DNA from: Scenedesmus sp. PABB004
Lineage: Eukaryota
Length of the DNA stretch: 64,000 bases
Reading direction: 5' to 3'
Assembly: GCA_014905635.1 (NCBI GenBank)
Contig: JABVCE010000011.1
Coordinates: 496,001-560,000 of the forward strand
Shown here: positions 11,996-24,379 of the stretch, in pieces
Layout of the letters: every line of letters begins with the position of its first letter
Numbering within the stretch: position 1 is the stretch's first letter
The notes under the pieces: generated by a model
What the model was told of the DNA's origin: nothing
Seen by the model: only the letters and a program-made list of their open reading frames with translations
Databases searched by the model: none
Position numbers and translations under genes: made by a program

Positions 11996-12510
11996 GGCTA
12001 CTCGCTGCGCCGCCTGCCGGCCGCGCTCTGGGGCGCCTTGGAGCCTGCGGGGCGGCCCGGGGCGGGCGGGGTGACTTCACCGCGCGGCACAATCACCTGC
12101 TGCACGCCCGCGGCGGGCCCGCGCGGGGCGCCGGCGCGGCGAGGCGCCTGTGTCACCGAGCTGACACGCCCCGTGGCGCGCGCGGGCGCCAGGGCGGCGC
12201 CAGGAGGCGGCACACCGCGGGCACCCAACTGCCCGCGCTGGCGCGCGCCCCCTGGGCCGCTGCGCCCCGCGCGCCGCCGCGAGGCGTTTGCTAGGCCTAG
12301 CGGGCGCACCCTTGGGTCACGCAGGCGCCGGCCTGCGCGTCGCCAGCGAGGGCGCCCGCGCTGCTGCTCCGCCGGAGCTCAGCGCCGCGACGCCGGCGCT
12401 GGGAGGCACGGGCACGGTCTCACAGTCTCGCGGGCCTCGGCGCGCCGGGCGCGAGCGGCGCGCGCGGGCGCGCAGGCGGGGCTGCTCGCGCGCCTCGCGG
12501 AGAGGGGCGG

Positions 12511-15500
12511 GCGCTGTGTTCGTGGGCGGCGTCCCTGGCTCAACGTGGGCAACTGGCCGGCGCGGCGGCGGGCGGCGAAGCTCGGGCGGGCCGCGGGGCG
12601 TCCTTCGGCGAGGGCTCAGGGGCTGTAGCGGCCGCCCCGCGCACGCGCCTGGCCTCGCCTGGCCTCGCTTGCGTCAAAGACCGAGCGAATTGCCCGCCGC
12701 GCGCGCCGCGGAGGCGGCCGGCGCCACCCGCCACGGCGCGCGCCGCGTCGGCACCGGGCGCGGCGCCGCTGCTCGCCGCCGCCCGCGCGCTGCGTCCTGT
12801 CCTGGCGCCGCCCGAGCCCCTGGGCCCAGCTGAAACCGGGGCGTCAGCCCGCGCACGCCAGGCAGGCGCCACCACCTGCTGGGCGCCGCCGTGCCGCACG
12901 CCGCGACGCCCTGCACGACGCGGCGGCTCGCGCGGAGGGCGCGAGGGAGGGCGGCTGACCTACCGAGTGCAGCAGAGCACTGGAACGCGCGTGGGCGCTC
13001 ACGAGTGCAACAGGCGGGCTCGCCTGACCTCCCAAGAACGACGCGGGAACCTCGTGACCGACCGGCCACCGCCGCCGCCGCCGCCGGACGCGCCCTCGCC
13101 CGCACGCACCCGCCACACGCGCCTGGCCCACCTAAGCCTGCAATGGGCATACGGACGGCCCCGCCAGGCACGCCAGCCCCCTCCCGGACGCCAACAACAC
13201 GCCAGCGCGCCCACATCCCGCGGCGAAAGGCCCTCGAAGCAGCTTTCGTCGCGCCAGACCACCATGGCAGCCCCGCGCGCCCGACGGGCGGGTGGCAGCG
13301 CCGCGGCAGCGGGCGCCGCCGCTCCAGCTCACGGCGCGGCCGCCTCGCGCAGCCTGCACAGCGCGGCGGCCCGGGCGCTCCTGGTCGCGGCCCTGCTGCT
13401 GGCGCTAGCGGGTGAGCGGCTTGCGGCTGGCGCGCACGTGGTCACCGGCGCCGCTGCTGCTGCTGCTCGCGCACTCACTCCCGCCGCGCGTCGCCACCGT
13501 GACCGCCGTGCCGCCGCGGCAGGCGCGCCGGCGCGGGCGTGCAGCTCCGTCTCGTACGCCGACAACTCCACCGTGGTCAGCGCGCGCACCATGGTGCGCC
13601 CACCGTGCGCCTCCGCGCGCCGCGCCTGCCTGAGCGCGCGCGGCGCAGCTCGTCCGACGACCTGGCCCCCCCTCCCCGCCGCCGCGCCGCAGGACTTTGC
13701 CAACCTGCCGCAGCTGTCCATCTCGTTCGTGCCCAGCGGCAGCAACAACACTCTGATCCCTGTGCACGGCGTGGACGGCTACTCCACGCTCGGTCGCACC
13801 TACGCGCGCAAGCACAGCTACGTGTGCGTCACGCCCGCGATCAAGTGAGGCGCCGCCCGCACGCGCGCGCGCCAGGGACGCGCACGCCTCGGCGGGCCGG
13901 GCTGCCGGCGGCCGCCCGACCCTGCGGCCCCGCGCGCGCGCGCTGCCTGTCGCCGTCGCAGGCCGTTGCTCGCCGCGGCGGCCAAGGTGTTCCCGCCGCT
14001 GCGCAAGGTCAACATCACCAACTGGCCGGGCGTGTGCAGCGACGGCCTCAACGACGCAGGTGCCTGCCCGGACGCGGGAGCGCCTCGCGCCGCTGCGCTG
14101 CGCTGCGCGGCACCGGCACGGCCGACCGCGCCGCGCCGCCGCCGCAGGTCTGGCGGTCTCGCTGCAGTGGCAGCTCAGCACGACCGGCGGTGAGCGCGCC
14201 CCGGGGCAGCGCGGGGGAGCCTGCGCGCACGGCGCAGCCAGCGCGGGGGAGCCTGCGCGCGCGGCGCAGCCAGCGCAGCGGGCGCCGGCCCGCGCTGCAC
14301 TCACCGCCCTGCCCGCCGGCCTTCCTGCCCGCCGCAGTCCCCGCGTACGACCCGGCGCAGCCCGGCGCGAGCATCAACGAGGGTGACGTCGTGTCCTACA
14401 TCCTCGGCAGCTTCAGCAGCGTCGCGGAGCTCAAGGCCGCGCTGGACGGCGGGCTGAGCGTGTCGTGGAACTCACTGTTCAGCTTTGCCGCAAAGCTCGC
14501 CCTCGGCCGGCCGTTCATTCCCTGCCACTGGGGCATGTGAGTGCCGCCGCCGCTCCCGGCGGCCCCCGGCGCGTGCGGGCGCCGGCCGGCTGACCCGGCT
14601 GCACGCCCCCGCCCCGCCCCGCGCGCCGCTGGCTGGCGCAGCTGGGACAAGTACAACCAGTCGCTGGTCATCGAGTTCTCAGACAAGATGAACTACTACG
14701 ACAACCCTGTCGGCGTTCTGACCAACAACCCGCTCTTCCCCGAGCAGATCGGGGTGCGGCTGGTTCAGCACGCCGCTGGCGCCCCGCGCTGCTGACGCCC
14801 CGCGCCGGCTCGCGCTCCACGCGTGACCGCGCCTCACGCGGCACCGCCCACGCCCGCGCCCGGCATGCGCCGCGCAGAATATGACGCAATGGCTCGCCAA
14901 AGTCTCAGCGCCGCCGTACAGCGCGCCGCCGCTCACGCCCACGCTGCACAACACGACCTTTTTCCCGCCGCCGGGGTCGCACAACTCGAGCGACCGCTTC
15001 ACGCGCCTCGCGGTGCTCAAGTCGGTCGCCAACCTCTCCCCCTGGCGGTGCGCGCGGCGGCCGCGGCGCCCGCGGCGCCCGCAGCGGTGGCCTCCGCCGA
15101 GCCGCCGCCGACGCGCTGCCGCCGACGCGCTGCCGCCGCTGTGCTGCCGCCGCGACAGGGCGACGCTGAACCCCATGTCTCCAGGGTTTGTGCTGAGCTC
15201 CCCCTCCAACCCGGCGCTGATGGCAGTGCTGGGGCTCATCCAGTCGGTGTACCTCCCCAAGGGTGCGCCCCGGCGGGCCAGGGCGCCCAAGGACGCTCAG
15301 CCTGCGGTCGCAGGGGCCTCGGCGGGCCTGCGGGCCGCGCCGCGCGGCGCGTGGGGGCGCAGCCGCGCGCGTCCGCCGGCCGCCGCCCACCGCCGGCGCC
15401 ATGCGCACCACGTGCGCTGCGCAGGCCTCGACGCCGCCGGCGGCGTGGGGCCGGCCGAGGTGGATTGGAACATTTACACCACGCTGCGCGACCACACCAA

Positions 15501-16330
15501 CGCGGTCTACTATTACAGGCGAGCGCTGCAGCGAGCGCCCGTGCCCTGTGCCCCGCGGCCGCCCGCCCGCGCGCGCGCCGCGCGCAGCAGCAGCCCGCCT
15601 GCGGCCGCCGCCGGCCCGGCTCACCGCGCGGCCCCGCGCGCCCGTGCCGTGCGCCCTCACGCGCCCCGCGCTGCGCAGGATCGCCAACACGCCGGCGTGG
15701 CAGGTCGTCCGCCTGGCCACCGTGGACTGGGCCAAGCTGCGCGCGGAGCGCAAGGTCGCGTCGGTGCTGATGCTGCCCCGGCCGTGGGCGCTGGACGTGA
15801 GCAACATCTGGGGCGCGAGCCTGGACAGGACCGAAGACATCGACGCCACGTCATACGCGCGCATGCGCACGTGCGTGCGGAGCTGCCTCGCGTCTGCCGG
15901 GGAGGACGGCGCGGCGCTAACGGCGTGCGTGCAGGGGTGCGTGTGAGCCCCCCGTGCTCCGCTGCAAGCTGCCTCGCTGGCTCGCACCTGCGGGCGCTGC
16001 ACAATTCATGCATTTGTGATGGGGCTGGGTTGCTGGCGGGAACACCGGATGTTGCATTGCAGTATGTATTGCAATTTTTCATGACGTGCAATTGCTGCGC
16101 ATGGCAGCCGGCAGCACTGGTAGATTGCAACTCTACCCCCGCGGGGGGTCATCCACCGACAACAGCAGCAGCAACCTCAATGCAATGCTGCTGTCGTCTG
16201 CGCGCCGCCGCAGCAGCGGCGCGCGGCCTGTTGCGCCGCGCCCGCTTGGCCTGAGTTCGCACCGGGAATGGCGGCCGGACTGGGGCGGTCACCGCCAGCG
16301 CTGCCCAGGCCTGCTGGCAGGCGGGGCCGC
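12511..16330 (+). repeat. Tandem duplication unit 1 (~3.9 kb) containing the CBAH/PVA gene with upstream and downstream flanks
   Basis: gcgctgtgtt(c/t)gtgggcggcgtccctggctcaacgtgggc starts at both 12511 and 16431, and homology continues past both stop codons. Confidence 0.9.
13264..15946 (+). CDS. Secreted choloylglycine hydrolase / penicillin V acylase family Ntn-hydrolase, copy 1; 11 exons
   Basis: Signal-like leader, then CSSVSY...SARTMDF (N-terminal Cys, Arg, Asp), DGLNDAGLAVS, YILGSFSSVAE, SLVIEF, VGVLTNNP, PPGSHNSSDRFTR and IYTTLRDHTNAVYYYR. Confidence 0.9.
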
Positions 16331-16430
16331 CGAATTTCAAGTGACATTGGGGGGCATTTCATTGGACATGGGGGCCGGGGGGAGGGGAACACCCGCGCAT
16401 TGCAGCGCATGGCAACCTACGACCCGACTG

Positions 16431-19400
16431 GCGCTGTGTTTGTGGGCGGCGTCCCTGGCTCAACGTGGGCAACTGGCCGGCGCGCGGCGGGCGGCGAAGC
16501 TCGGGCGGGCCGCGCGTCCTTCGGCGAGGGCTCAGGGGCTGTAGCGGCCGCCCCGCGCACGCGCCTGGCCTCGCCTGGCCTCGCTTGCGTCAAAGACCGA
16601 GCGAATTGCCCGCCGCGCCCGCCGCGGAGGCGGCCGGCGCCGCCCGCCGCGGCGCGCGCCGCGTCGGCACCGGGCGCGGTGCCGCTGCTCACCGCTGCCT
16701 GCGCGCTGCGTCCTGTCCTGGCGCCGCCGAGGCCCTGGGCCCAGCTGAAACCGGGGCGGCAGCCCACGGACGCCAGGCAGGCGCCACCACCTGCTGGGCG
16801 CCGCCGCGCCGCCGCGCTGCGCGCGCCGCACGCCGCGACGCCCCGCACGACGCGGCGGCTCGCGCGGCGGAGGGCGGCTGACCTACCGGTGCAGCAGAGC
16901 ACTGGGCTGGGCGCGCAGGGGCTTACAAGTGCAACAGGCGGGCTCGCCTGACCTCCCAAGAACGACGCGGGAACCTCGTCACGGACCGCCGCCGTCGGCG
17001 CCGGACGCGCCCCAGCCCGCACGCACCCGCCACACGCGCGCCCGGCCCACCTGAGCCTGCAACGGGCATACGGACGGCCCCGCCAGGCACGCCAGCCCCC
17101 TCCCGGACGCCAACAACACGCCAGCGCGCCCACATCCCGCGGCGAAAGGCCCTCGAAGCAGCTTTCGTCGCGCCAGACCACCATGGCAGCCCCGCGCGCC
17201 CGACGGGCGGGTGGCAGCGCCGCGGCAGCGGGCGCTGCCGTTCCAGCTCACGGCGCGGCCGCCTCGCGCAGCCTGCATGGCGCGGCGGCCCGGGCGCTCC
17301 TGGTCGCAGCCCTGCTGCTGGCGCTGGCGGGTGAGCGGCTCGCGCGGCTGGCGTGCACGTGGTCACCGGCGCCGCTGCTGCTGCTTGCGCACTCACTCCC
17401 GCCGCGCGTCCCCACCGTGACCGCCGTGCCGCCGCGGCAGGCGCGCCGGCGCGGGCCTGCAGCTCCGTCTCGTACGCTGACAACGCCACCGTGGTCAGCG
17501 CGCGCAACATGGTGCGCCCACCGCGCGCCTCCGCGTGCCGCGCCTGCCTGAGCGCGCGCGGCGCAGCTCGTCCGACGACCTGGCCCCCCCTCCCCGCCGC
17601 CACGCCGCAGGACTTTGCCAACCTGCCGCAGCTGTCCATCTCGTTCGTGCCCAGCGGCAGCAATGACACCTTTATTCCTGGTGAGCAGGCGGGCCCGAGC
17701 GGGCGCGCCGCGCCGCAGCACGCCCGGCGGTGCACCGGCTCACCGACCCGTGCGCGCCGCAGTGTACGGCGTGGACGGCTACTCCACGCTCGGCCGCACC
17801 TACGCGCGCAAGCACAGCTACGTGTGCGTCACGCCCGCGGTCAAGTGAGGCGCCGCCCGCACGCGCCAGCGCCAGGGACGCGCACGCCCCGGCGGGCCGG
17901 GCGGCGGCCCGACCCCAAGGCCCCTGCACACGCCGCCCGTTGCTGCAGGCCGTTTTTTGCCGCCGCGGCCAAGGTGTTCCCGCCGCTGCGCAAGGTCAAC
18001 ATCACCAACTGGCCGGGCGTGTGCAACGACGGGATCAACGACGCAGGTGCCTGCCCGGACGCGGGAGCACCTCGCGCCGCTGCGCTGCGCTTCGCGGCAC
18101 CGGCACGGCCGACCGCGCCGCGCCGCCGCCGCAGGTCTGGCGGTCTCGCTGCAGTGGCAGCTCAGCACGACCGGCGGTGAGCGCGCCCCGGGGCAGCGCG
18201 GGGGAGCCTGCGCGCGCGGCGCAGCCAGCGCAGCGGGCGCCGGCCCGCGCTGCACTCACCGCCCTGCCCGCCGGCCTTCCTGCCCGCCGCAGTCCCCGCG
18301 TACGACCCGGCGCAGCCCGGCGCGAGCATCAACGAGGGTGACGTCGTGTCCTACATCCTCGGCAGCTTCAGCAGCGTCGCGGAGCTCAAGGCCGCGCTGG
18401 ACGGCGGGCTGAGCGTGTCGTGGAACTCACTGTTCAGCTTTGCCGCAAAGCTCGCCTTCGGCCGGCCGTTCATTCCCTGCCACTGGGGCATGTGAGTGCC
18501 GCCGCCGCTCCCGGCGGCCCCCGGCGCGTGCGGGCGCCGGCCGGCTGACCCGGCTGCACGCCCCCGCCCCGCCCCGCGCGCCGCTGGCTGGCGCAGCTGG
18601 GACAAGTACAACCAGTCGCTGGTCATCGAGTTCTCAGACAAGATGAACTACTACGACAACCCTGTCGGCGTTCTGACCAACAACCCGCTCTTCCCCGAGC
18701 AGATCGGGGTGCGGCTGGTTCAGCACGCCGCTGGCGCCCCGCGCTGCTGACGCCCCGCGCCGGCTCGCGCTCCACGCGTGACCGCGCCTCACGCGGCACC
18801 GCCCACGCCCGCGCCCGGCATGCGCCGCGCAGAATATGACGCAATGGCTCGCCAAAGTCTCAGCGCCGCCGTACAGCGCGCCGCCGCTCACGCCCACGCT
18901 GCACAACACGACCTTTTTCCCGCCGCCGGGGTCGCACAACTCGAGCGACCGCTTCACGCGCCTCGCGGTGCTCAAGTCGGTCGCCAACCTCTCCCCCTGG
19001 CGGTGCGCGCGGCGGCCGCGGCGCCCGCGGCGCCCGCAGCGGTGGCCTCCGCCGAGCCGCCGCCGACGCGCTGCCGCCGACGCGCTGCCGCCGCTGTGCT
19101 GCCGCCGCGACAGGGCGACGCTGAACCCCATGTCTCCAGGGTTTGTGCTGAGCTCCCCCTCCAACCCGGCGCTGATGGCAGTGCTGGGGCTCATCCAGTC
19201 GGTGTACCTCCCCAAGGGTGCGCCCCGGCGGGCCAGGGCGCCCAAGGACGCTCAGCCTGCGGTCGCAGGGGCCTCGGCGGGCCTGCGGGCCGCGCCGCGC
19301 GGCGCGTGGGGGCGCAGCCGCGCGAGCCCGCCGGCCGCCGCCCACCGCCGGCGCCGCGCGCCCGCCGCCGCGCGCCGCGCGCCGCGCAGGCGTCGACGAC

Positions 19401-20200
19401 GCCGGCGGCGTGGGGCCGGCTGAGGCAGACTGGACCATCTATACCACGCTGCGCGACCACACCAACGCGGTCTACTATTACAGGCGAGCGCAGCAGCGAG
19501 CGCCCGTGCCCCCTGTGCCCCGTGGCCGCCCGCCCGCGCGCGCGCCGCGCGCAGCAGCAGCCCGCCTGCGGCTGCCGCCGGCCCGGCTCACCGCGCGCCC
19601 CGCGCCCCGCGCGGCGCAGGGTCGCCAACACGCCGGCGTGGCAGGTCATCCGCCTGGCCGACGTGGACTGGGCCAAGCTGCGCGCGGAGCGCAAGGTCGC
19701 GTCGGTGCTGATGCTGCCGCGGCCGTGGGCGCTCGATGTCACCAACATCTGGGCGGCCAGCCTTGACCGAACTGACAACATCGACGCCGCCTCGTACGGC
19801 CGCGTGCGCACGTGCGTGCGGAGCTGCCTCGCGTCTGTCGGGGAGGACGGCGCGGCGCTCACGGCGTGCGTGCAGGGCTGCGTGTGAGCCCCCGTGCTCG
19901 CCAGCTTGTGCAAGCTGCTTCCCTGGCTCGCACCTGCGGGTGCTGCCAAGCCCAGGTATTTGACGTCCCCATGGAGCCGGGTCAAGAGGAACACCCGGAC
20001 ATTGCTGCGCATGGCAGCCGACGGCACTGGCCGATGTTGCGGTGATCCACCGCAACGTCAATGCTGAGTTGTCTGCGCGCCGCCGCAGTGGCGGCGTGCG
20101 GCCCCTTGCGCCGCCCGAGCTTGGCCTGTGTTCGCACAGGGCGCTGCTGCGGCGGAACTGCGGCGGCCACTGCCCGCTGGGCCTGCTGGCAGGCGGGGCG
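16431..20200 (+). repeat. Tandem duplication unit 2
   Basis: Near-identical to 12511-16330 in the middle and more diverged at the ends. Confidence 0.9.
17183..19887 (+). CDS. Secreted choloylglycine hydrolase / penicillin V acylase family Ntn-hydrolase, copy 2; 12 exons
   Basis: Same motifs as copy 1 (CSSVSY...SARNMDF) plus an extra intron at 17681-17762. Confidence 0.9.
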
Positions 20201-20690
20201 CCCGCCGCACGGGATCTGATCTGACCGACGCTGTGAACCACTTCTGCCCTGACCGCTGTAACAGCTCTGCCCTGACCGGCCGCTGACCGCGTGGTCAGCG
20301 CACTGCGTGGGGGCGACGGCCGGGCCGAGCTGCGGCAGCATCCAAGGCACGCAACGGTGTTACCGCAGCGCCGCCGGCGGCTGCAGCCGCCGCGCGCTCT
20401 CCGCCCGGGCACGCAGCCGCAACGCGCCAGATGCAGTGCAACGACGTCAACACGACGCCAACAACAACAAACGCTCATGAGATGCATGCATGATGCGCCC
20501 AGCCATTGGTTCCCGCCTGCCCGGGCCACGGGGATGCGGCGTGGGAAAGCGTTTGGAGGAGGTGCAAAGGGGGGCGCATGCCACACAGGGTTGGTTGATC
20601 TGGCCTGGACAGCGTTGTCGTGTCACGCAAGCTTGCGATGGGCAAGCAGCGTCAGCCGCTCACGGGAGCGGCCCGCTCGAGCTACTGAGC

Positions 20691-21592
20691 TCAGTACAGG
20701 GGCACCCAGTACGTCCCGTTCTCCCACACGACGGCGTCGCCGCTCGCCTTGGCGCCGACCACGCCGGTGAGGGCGTAGCTCGCGCTGCACATGCAGGCGG
20801 GGGCAGGGGCGGCGTCGGCGACAGCAGGGTGCGGGGGCGGGGAGCGCGCGCGCGCCGACCAACGCGCGCGCGGCTGGCCCGGCGCTGGCCCGGCGCGCAC
20901 CGCTTGATGTCCTCCACGCCGCCGCCGGAGCCGGCCGCGGTGAAGAGGAGGGGGCTGTCGTACTTGCCGTAGCTGGGCAGGCGCACGGACAGCTGTGGGG
21001 TGGAGGCGGGGGTCAGGCGGACGGCTGAGGTGGCCGGCACGCCGGCGGTGCGCGCGCGGGGTTGCCAAGCGCGGCGCGGCGCGCGCGGCACGCACCGCCC
21101 AGTTCACGCCCGCGTCGCTGCCGGGAATGGTGGCGGCATAGTAGACACCTGTCCACACGGCCTTGCCGACGATCGGGCCGCCCTGGACGAGGCTCAGGTC
21201 GGAGCTGCGGGCGGCGGCCGGCGGCATCATGGCGGCGGCCGGCGGCATCATGGCGGCGCGCGACGCGCCCACGTTCCGGTGCCTCCGCAGGCCCCCCGGG
21301 GCTAAAATGTTGCACGCACGGCTGGTGTATTTGTGAATTTAGTGTCGCGGCGGCCGGCAGCCGGCAGTCGGCGGCCGGGCGTCGCGGCATGCCGCGCGAT
21401 TGCTGACCCGAGCGCTCACGTGTACACCGCGGTGTCGCCCGGAACCGCGCCGGCGTCGCTCGTGGGCGCCGAGAAATAGGCGTTGTCGTAAAGGACCAGC
21501 GTGCTCTTGCCATGGCCGTGGTGCGCGGGCGTGGCCTGGCCGGCGACCAGGCCGATCAGGGCGATGCCGAAGAGGATGCGGAGGGCGGCCAT
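20691..21592 (-). CDS. Small secreted protein, dirigent/allene oxide cyclase-like beta-barrel candidate; 4 exons
   Basis: MAALRILFGIALIGLVAG signal peptide. Spliced: STLVLYDNAYF...PGDTAVYTSDLSLVQGGPIVGKAVWTGVY...NWALSVRL..YGKYDSPLLFTAAG...RASYALTGVVGAKASGDAVV. Three GT-AG introns. Confidence 0.65.
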
Positions 21593-21973
21593 GGTGAAAC
21601 GTAGGGCGAAATGGTAGGGCGAGGTGTGTGCGGCGTTGGGCGGTGCGGGCCGGCTAAGTAGCGGGAACGCGCGGGCGACGTGACATGCCGAGGTTCTTGC
21701 CCCGCGGGGTCTCGCCACCGCAGACCGCTGCGGCGCTGCAGCGAGCTCAGTCAAAATGAGCGTTTCTCTGGGAATTTTTGTGGGGCCGCCGGGCGGGCGT
21801 CTCCGCGCGGCGGCGTCACCGCCGGGCCGCTGCTGCTGAGCACACGCCCGTCGCCCGACCGTCGCTGGCAAGCACTCTGCCAGTCACAACAAAAGCGATT
21901 ACAGGCTCCCCGCGGCGGCCACCCCTGGCTGGACCGGCGTCGCCGCAGCGCGCGCGCAGCTGCAAGCTGCAGC

Positions 21974-23948
21974 TCAGTCCTCCATGTCCGACGACTCCGC
22001 CGCCGCCTTGGCCGCCGCCTCGGCCTCCGCGACCACGTCCGCCGGCACCTGCGCGGGCAGCCGACGCGCGGCGCAGCGTGCGCCGTGGGCGCCCGCGGCG
22101 GCGACGACGAGCGCCGGCGCCGCCCGGGCCTCGGCGCTCGGCAGCGCCTCCGGCACGCCGAGCCGCGCCGCGCAGCGCGGCGCGCACCCGCGCGTGCTTG
22201 CGGCCGCTCTCCTCGCAGATCCAGCTCATCTCCAGCTCAAACGGCTTGCTGTCCTCCTCGTGCACCTTGTGCAGCCTGCGGCGCCGCGTCGCAGACGTCA
22301 AGCGCGCGGCGCGTGCTTTTCCGGCCGGGCCCGCGCGGCGCGCGGCGCCCCCCGCGCCCCCCGCGGCAGCGTGGCCACGCACACTTTGGCGCACTCGACG
22401 ACCGCCTGGCGGCACGTGAGGTCGGCAAACTTGAGGCGCTCGATCTCAGTCTTCACGCTCTGCCGGCCCTGGCCCACGGCGGTGCCAAAGTAGCGGTGCG
22501 CGACGCCTGCGGCCCGCGACGCGACGCGGGGCGCGCGTTGTTCTGTGCGCGCGGGCGCGCGCACCGCAGGGGCCCGCGGCGCGGGCAGCGGCGGCGCAGG
22601 CCTCCGCGGCGCGGGCATCGTCGGCGCTGGGCGGGGCGCGCACCCGAGGGCTCCACGAGGTAGAGCTGCGGCCCCGCCTTGTCGTACACCGCCAGCAGCG
22701 ACGCGACGCCGTACGGCCTGCCGCGACGGCGCGGCGCGGCGCCCCGCGGCGGCGTCCGCGCCGCGCGCCCGCGCCTCGCCTGCCGCCCCTGTCGCCCGCC
22801 GCCCCTGTCGCCCACCGCCCCTCTCGCCCGCCGCCCCTCTCGCCCGCTGCCCCCTCTCGCCCGCCGCCCCTCTCCCGCCGCGCCACCCTCGCTGCGCCGG
22901 CGCCGCGCCGCGCGCACACGCCCGCGCCGCGCTGCGCGGCCTCACCGCGTGTACCAGTAGAGGTTGAACACGTGCTTGTAGCTCGCCAGGCGCTCGCACA
23001 GCACGCTGCCGGGGATGGGCTCGCCGTAGAAGCTGGCGCGCGGGCGCAGGCGCGGGCGCGGCGGCGGGCGCGCGGTGAGGCGGGGTCCGCCGCTGCAGCT
23101 GCTGGCCGCCGCCCCGACTGCAGCTGCCCGCCGCCGGCCGCCGCGCTGCCGGCCGCCGTGTGCTGCCGCCCGCGCTGCCGGCCGCGCTGCCCGCGCCCGC
23201 GCTGCCGGCCGCCGCGCTGCCGCTCTGCGCGCGGCGCTCACGACTTGTACTGCGTCGCCTCGTCCTGCGCGCGGTTCACCACTTGCCGGCCGTCCGGCTG
23301 CAGCCCCGCGACCGCCTGCAGGGGCGCGCGCGCGCGCGGGGAGCGGGCGCGGCCGCGCGTGAGCGCGGGCGCCGCCGCCCGGGCGCTGCTGCGCGTCCGC
23401 ACGCCGCGCTGCCACAGCACTGTCGCACCATGCCCGCGTGGTGGTCCACGTTGAATATCCGGCGGTTGGAGCCCTCCACCAGCAGCTTGGACACGACCAG
23501 CTTCTCCACGGCCTGCGGCGGCGGCGGCGGCGGCGCGCGCTCGGCGGGCGGGCGCGGCGGGGGGCGCGCAACCGCTGCCCGCAACCGCTGCCGCGCGCCG
23601 CCGCGCGGCGCGCACCAGCACCACGCCGTCCTTGCAGCGGATGCCCATGGCCGTGCTGCGGGGCGGCCAGGCGGCGGTTGTGAGCGCGGGGGGGAAGGGG
23701 GCGGCATGACGAGAGCGCGGGCTGGCGTGGGCGCAGCGATGGATCGGCCCGCCACCTGCTGTTGTCCACCGCTTTCTGCGCGTAGTCGGTCTGGAAGACC
23801 TTGCCGTCGGGCGAGTATGTGGTGGTGGACAGATCATACTGCGGCGGCGCCCGGGCGGCGCGTGAGAGGCGCCCGCGGGGCGGGATGCGCCCCCGCGTCG
23901 CCCGGCGGGCCCCGTGGCCCCCCGCACCCCAGTCCCGATGCCCGACAT
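21974..23948 (-). CDS. PAG1: 20S proteasome subunit alpha type-3 (alpha7); 10 exons
   Basis: [86 protein letters not shown], acidic tail. Confidence 0.97.
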
Positions 23949-24379
23949 GGCGCCGGCCTGCTCTGGCGCGACTGCAGGGCGGGCGGCGAGGGCGGGAGGC
24001 GAGGCGCGCGAGACTGCTGCTGCTGCTGCTGCTGCGAGCGCGGCCGGAGGAGGACGGGGAGCTCGACGAGCGGGGTGTTTCAGGCGAGCGCCGTGTCGTC
24101 GCGGGAGCGTGCGGCGTGAGCGCGCTGGAGTCTAACAAGTCTGCCGCAACGCGTCGTCTGCGCCGCTCACGCGCACACGCAGCAGTCTGGAAGGCCTCCC
24201 CGCCGCAGCCTGCCACCGCACCACGCACCGCGCCCGCGCCCGCGCCCGCCACCGCGCCCGCCACTGCGCGCCAGCCGCCCCGGCGCCCCGTCTCGGCATC
24301 CGTGCGCGGCCCCCGGCGCGCTCCGGCACGCTCGCGACGCGAGCCGCGGCCCCGCGCCTCCCCCAGGCGGCGGGCGGGC

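Noticed and set aside
23949..24379. Head-to-head proteasome alpha7 / REI1 pair as a functional module
   Set aside because: Short divergent spacers are common in this compact genome (three in this window), and the sequence gives no evidence of coupling.
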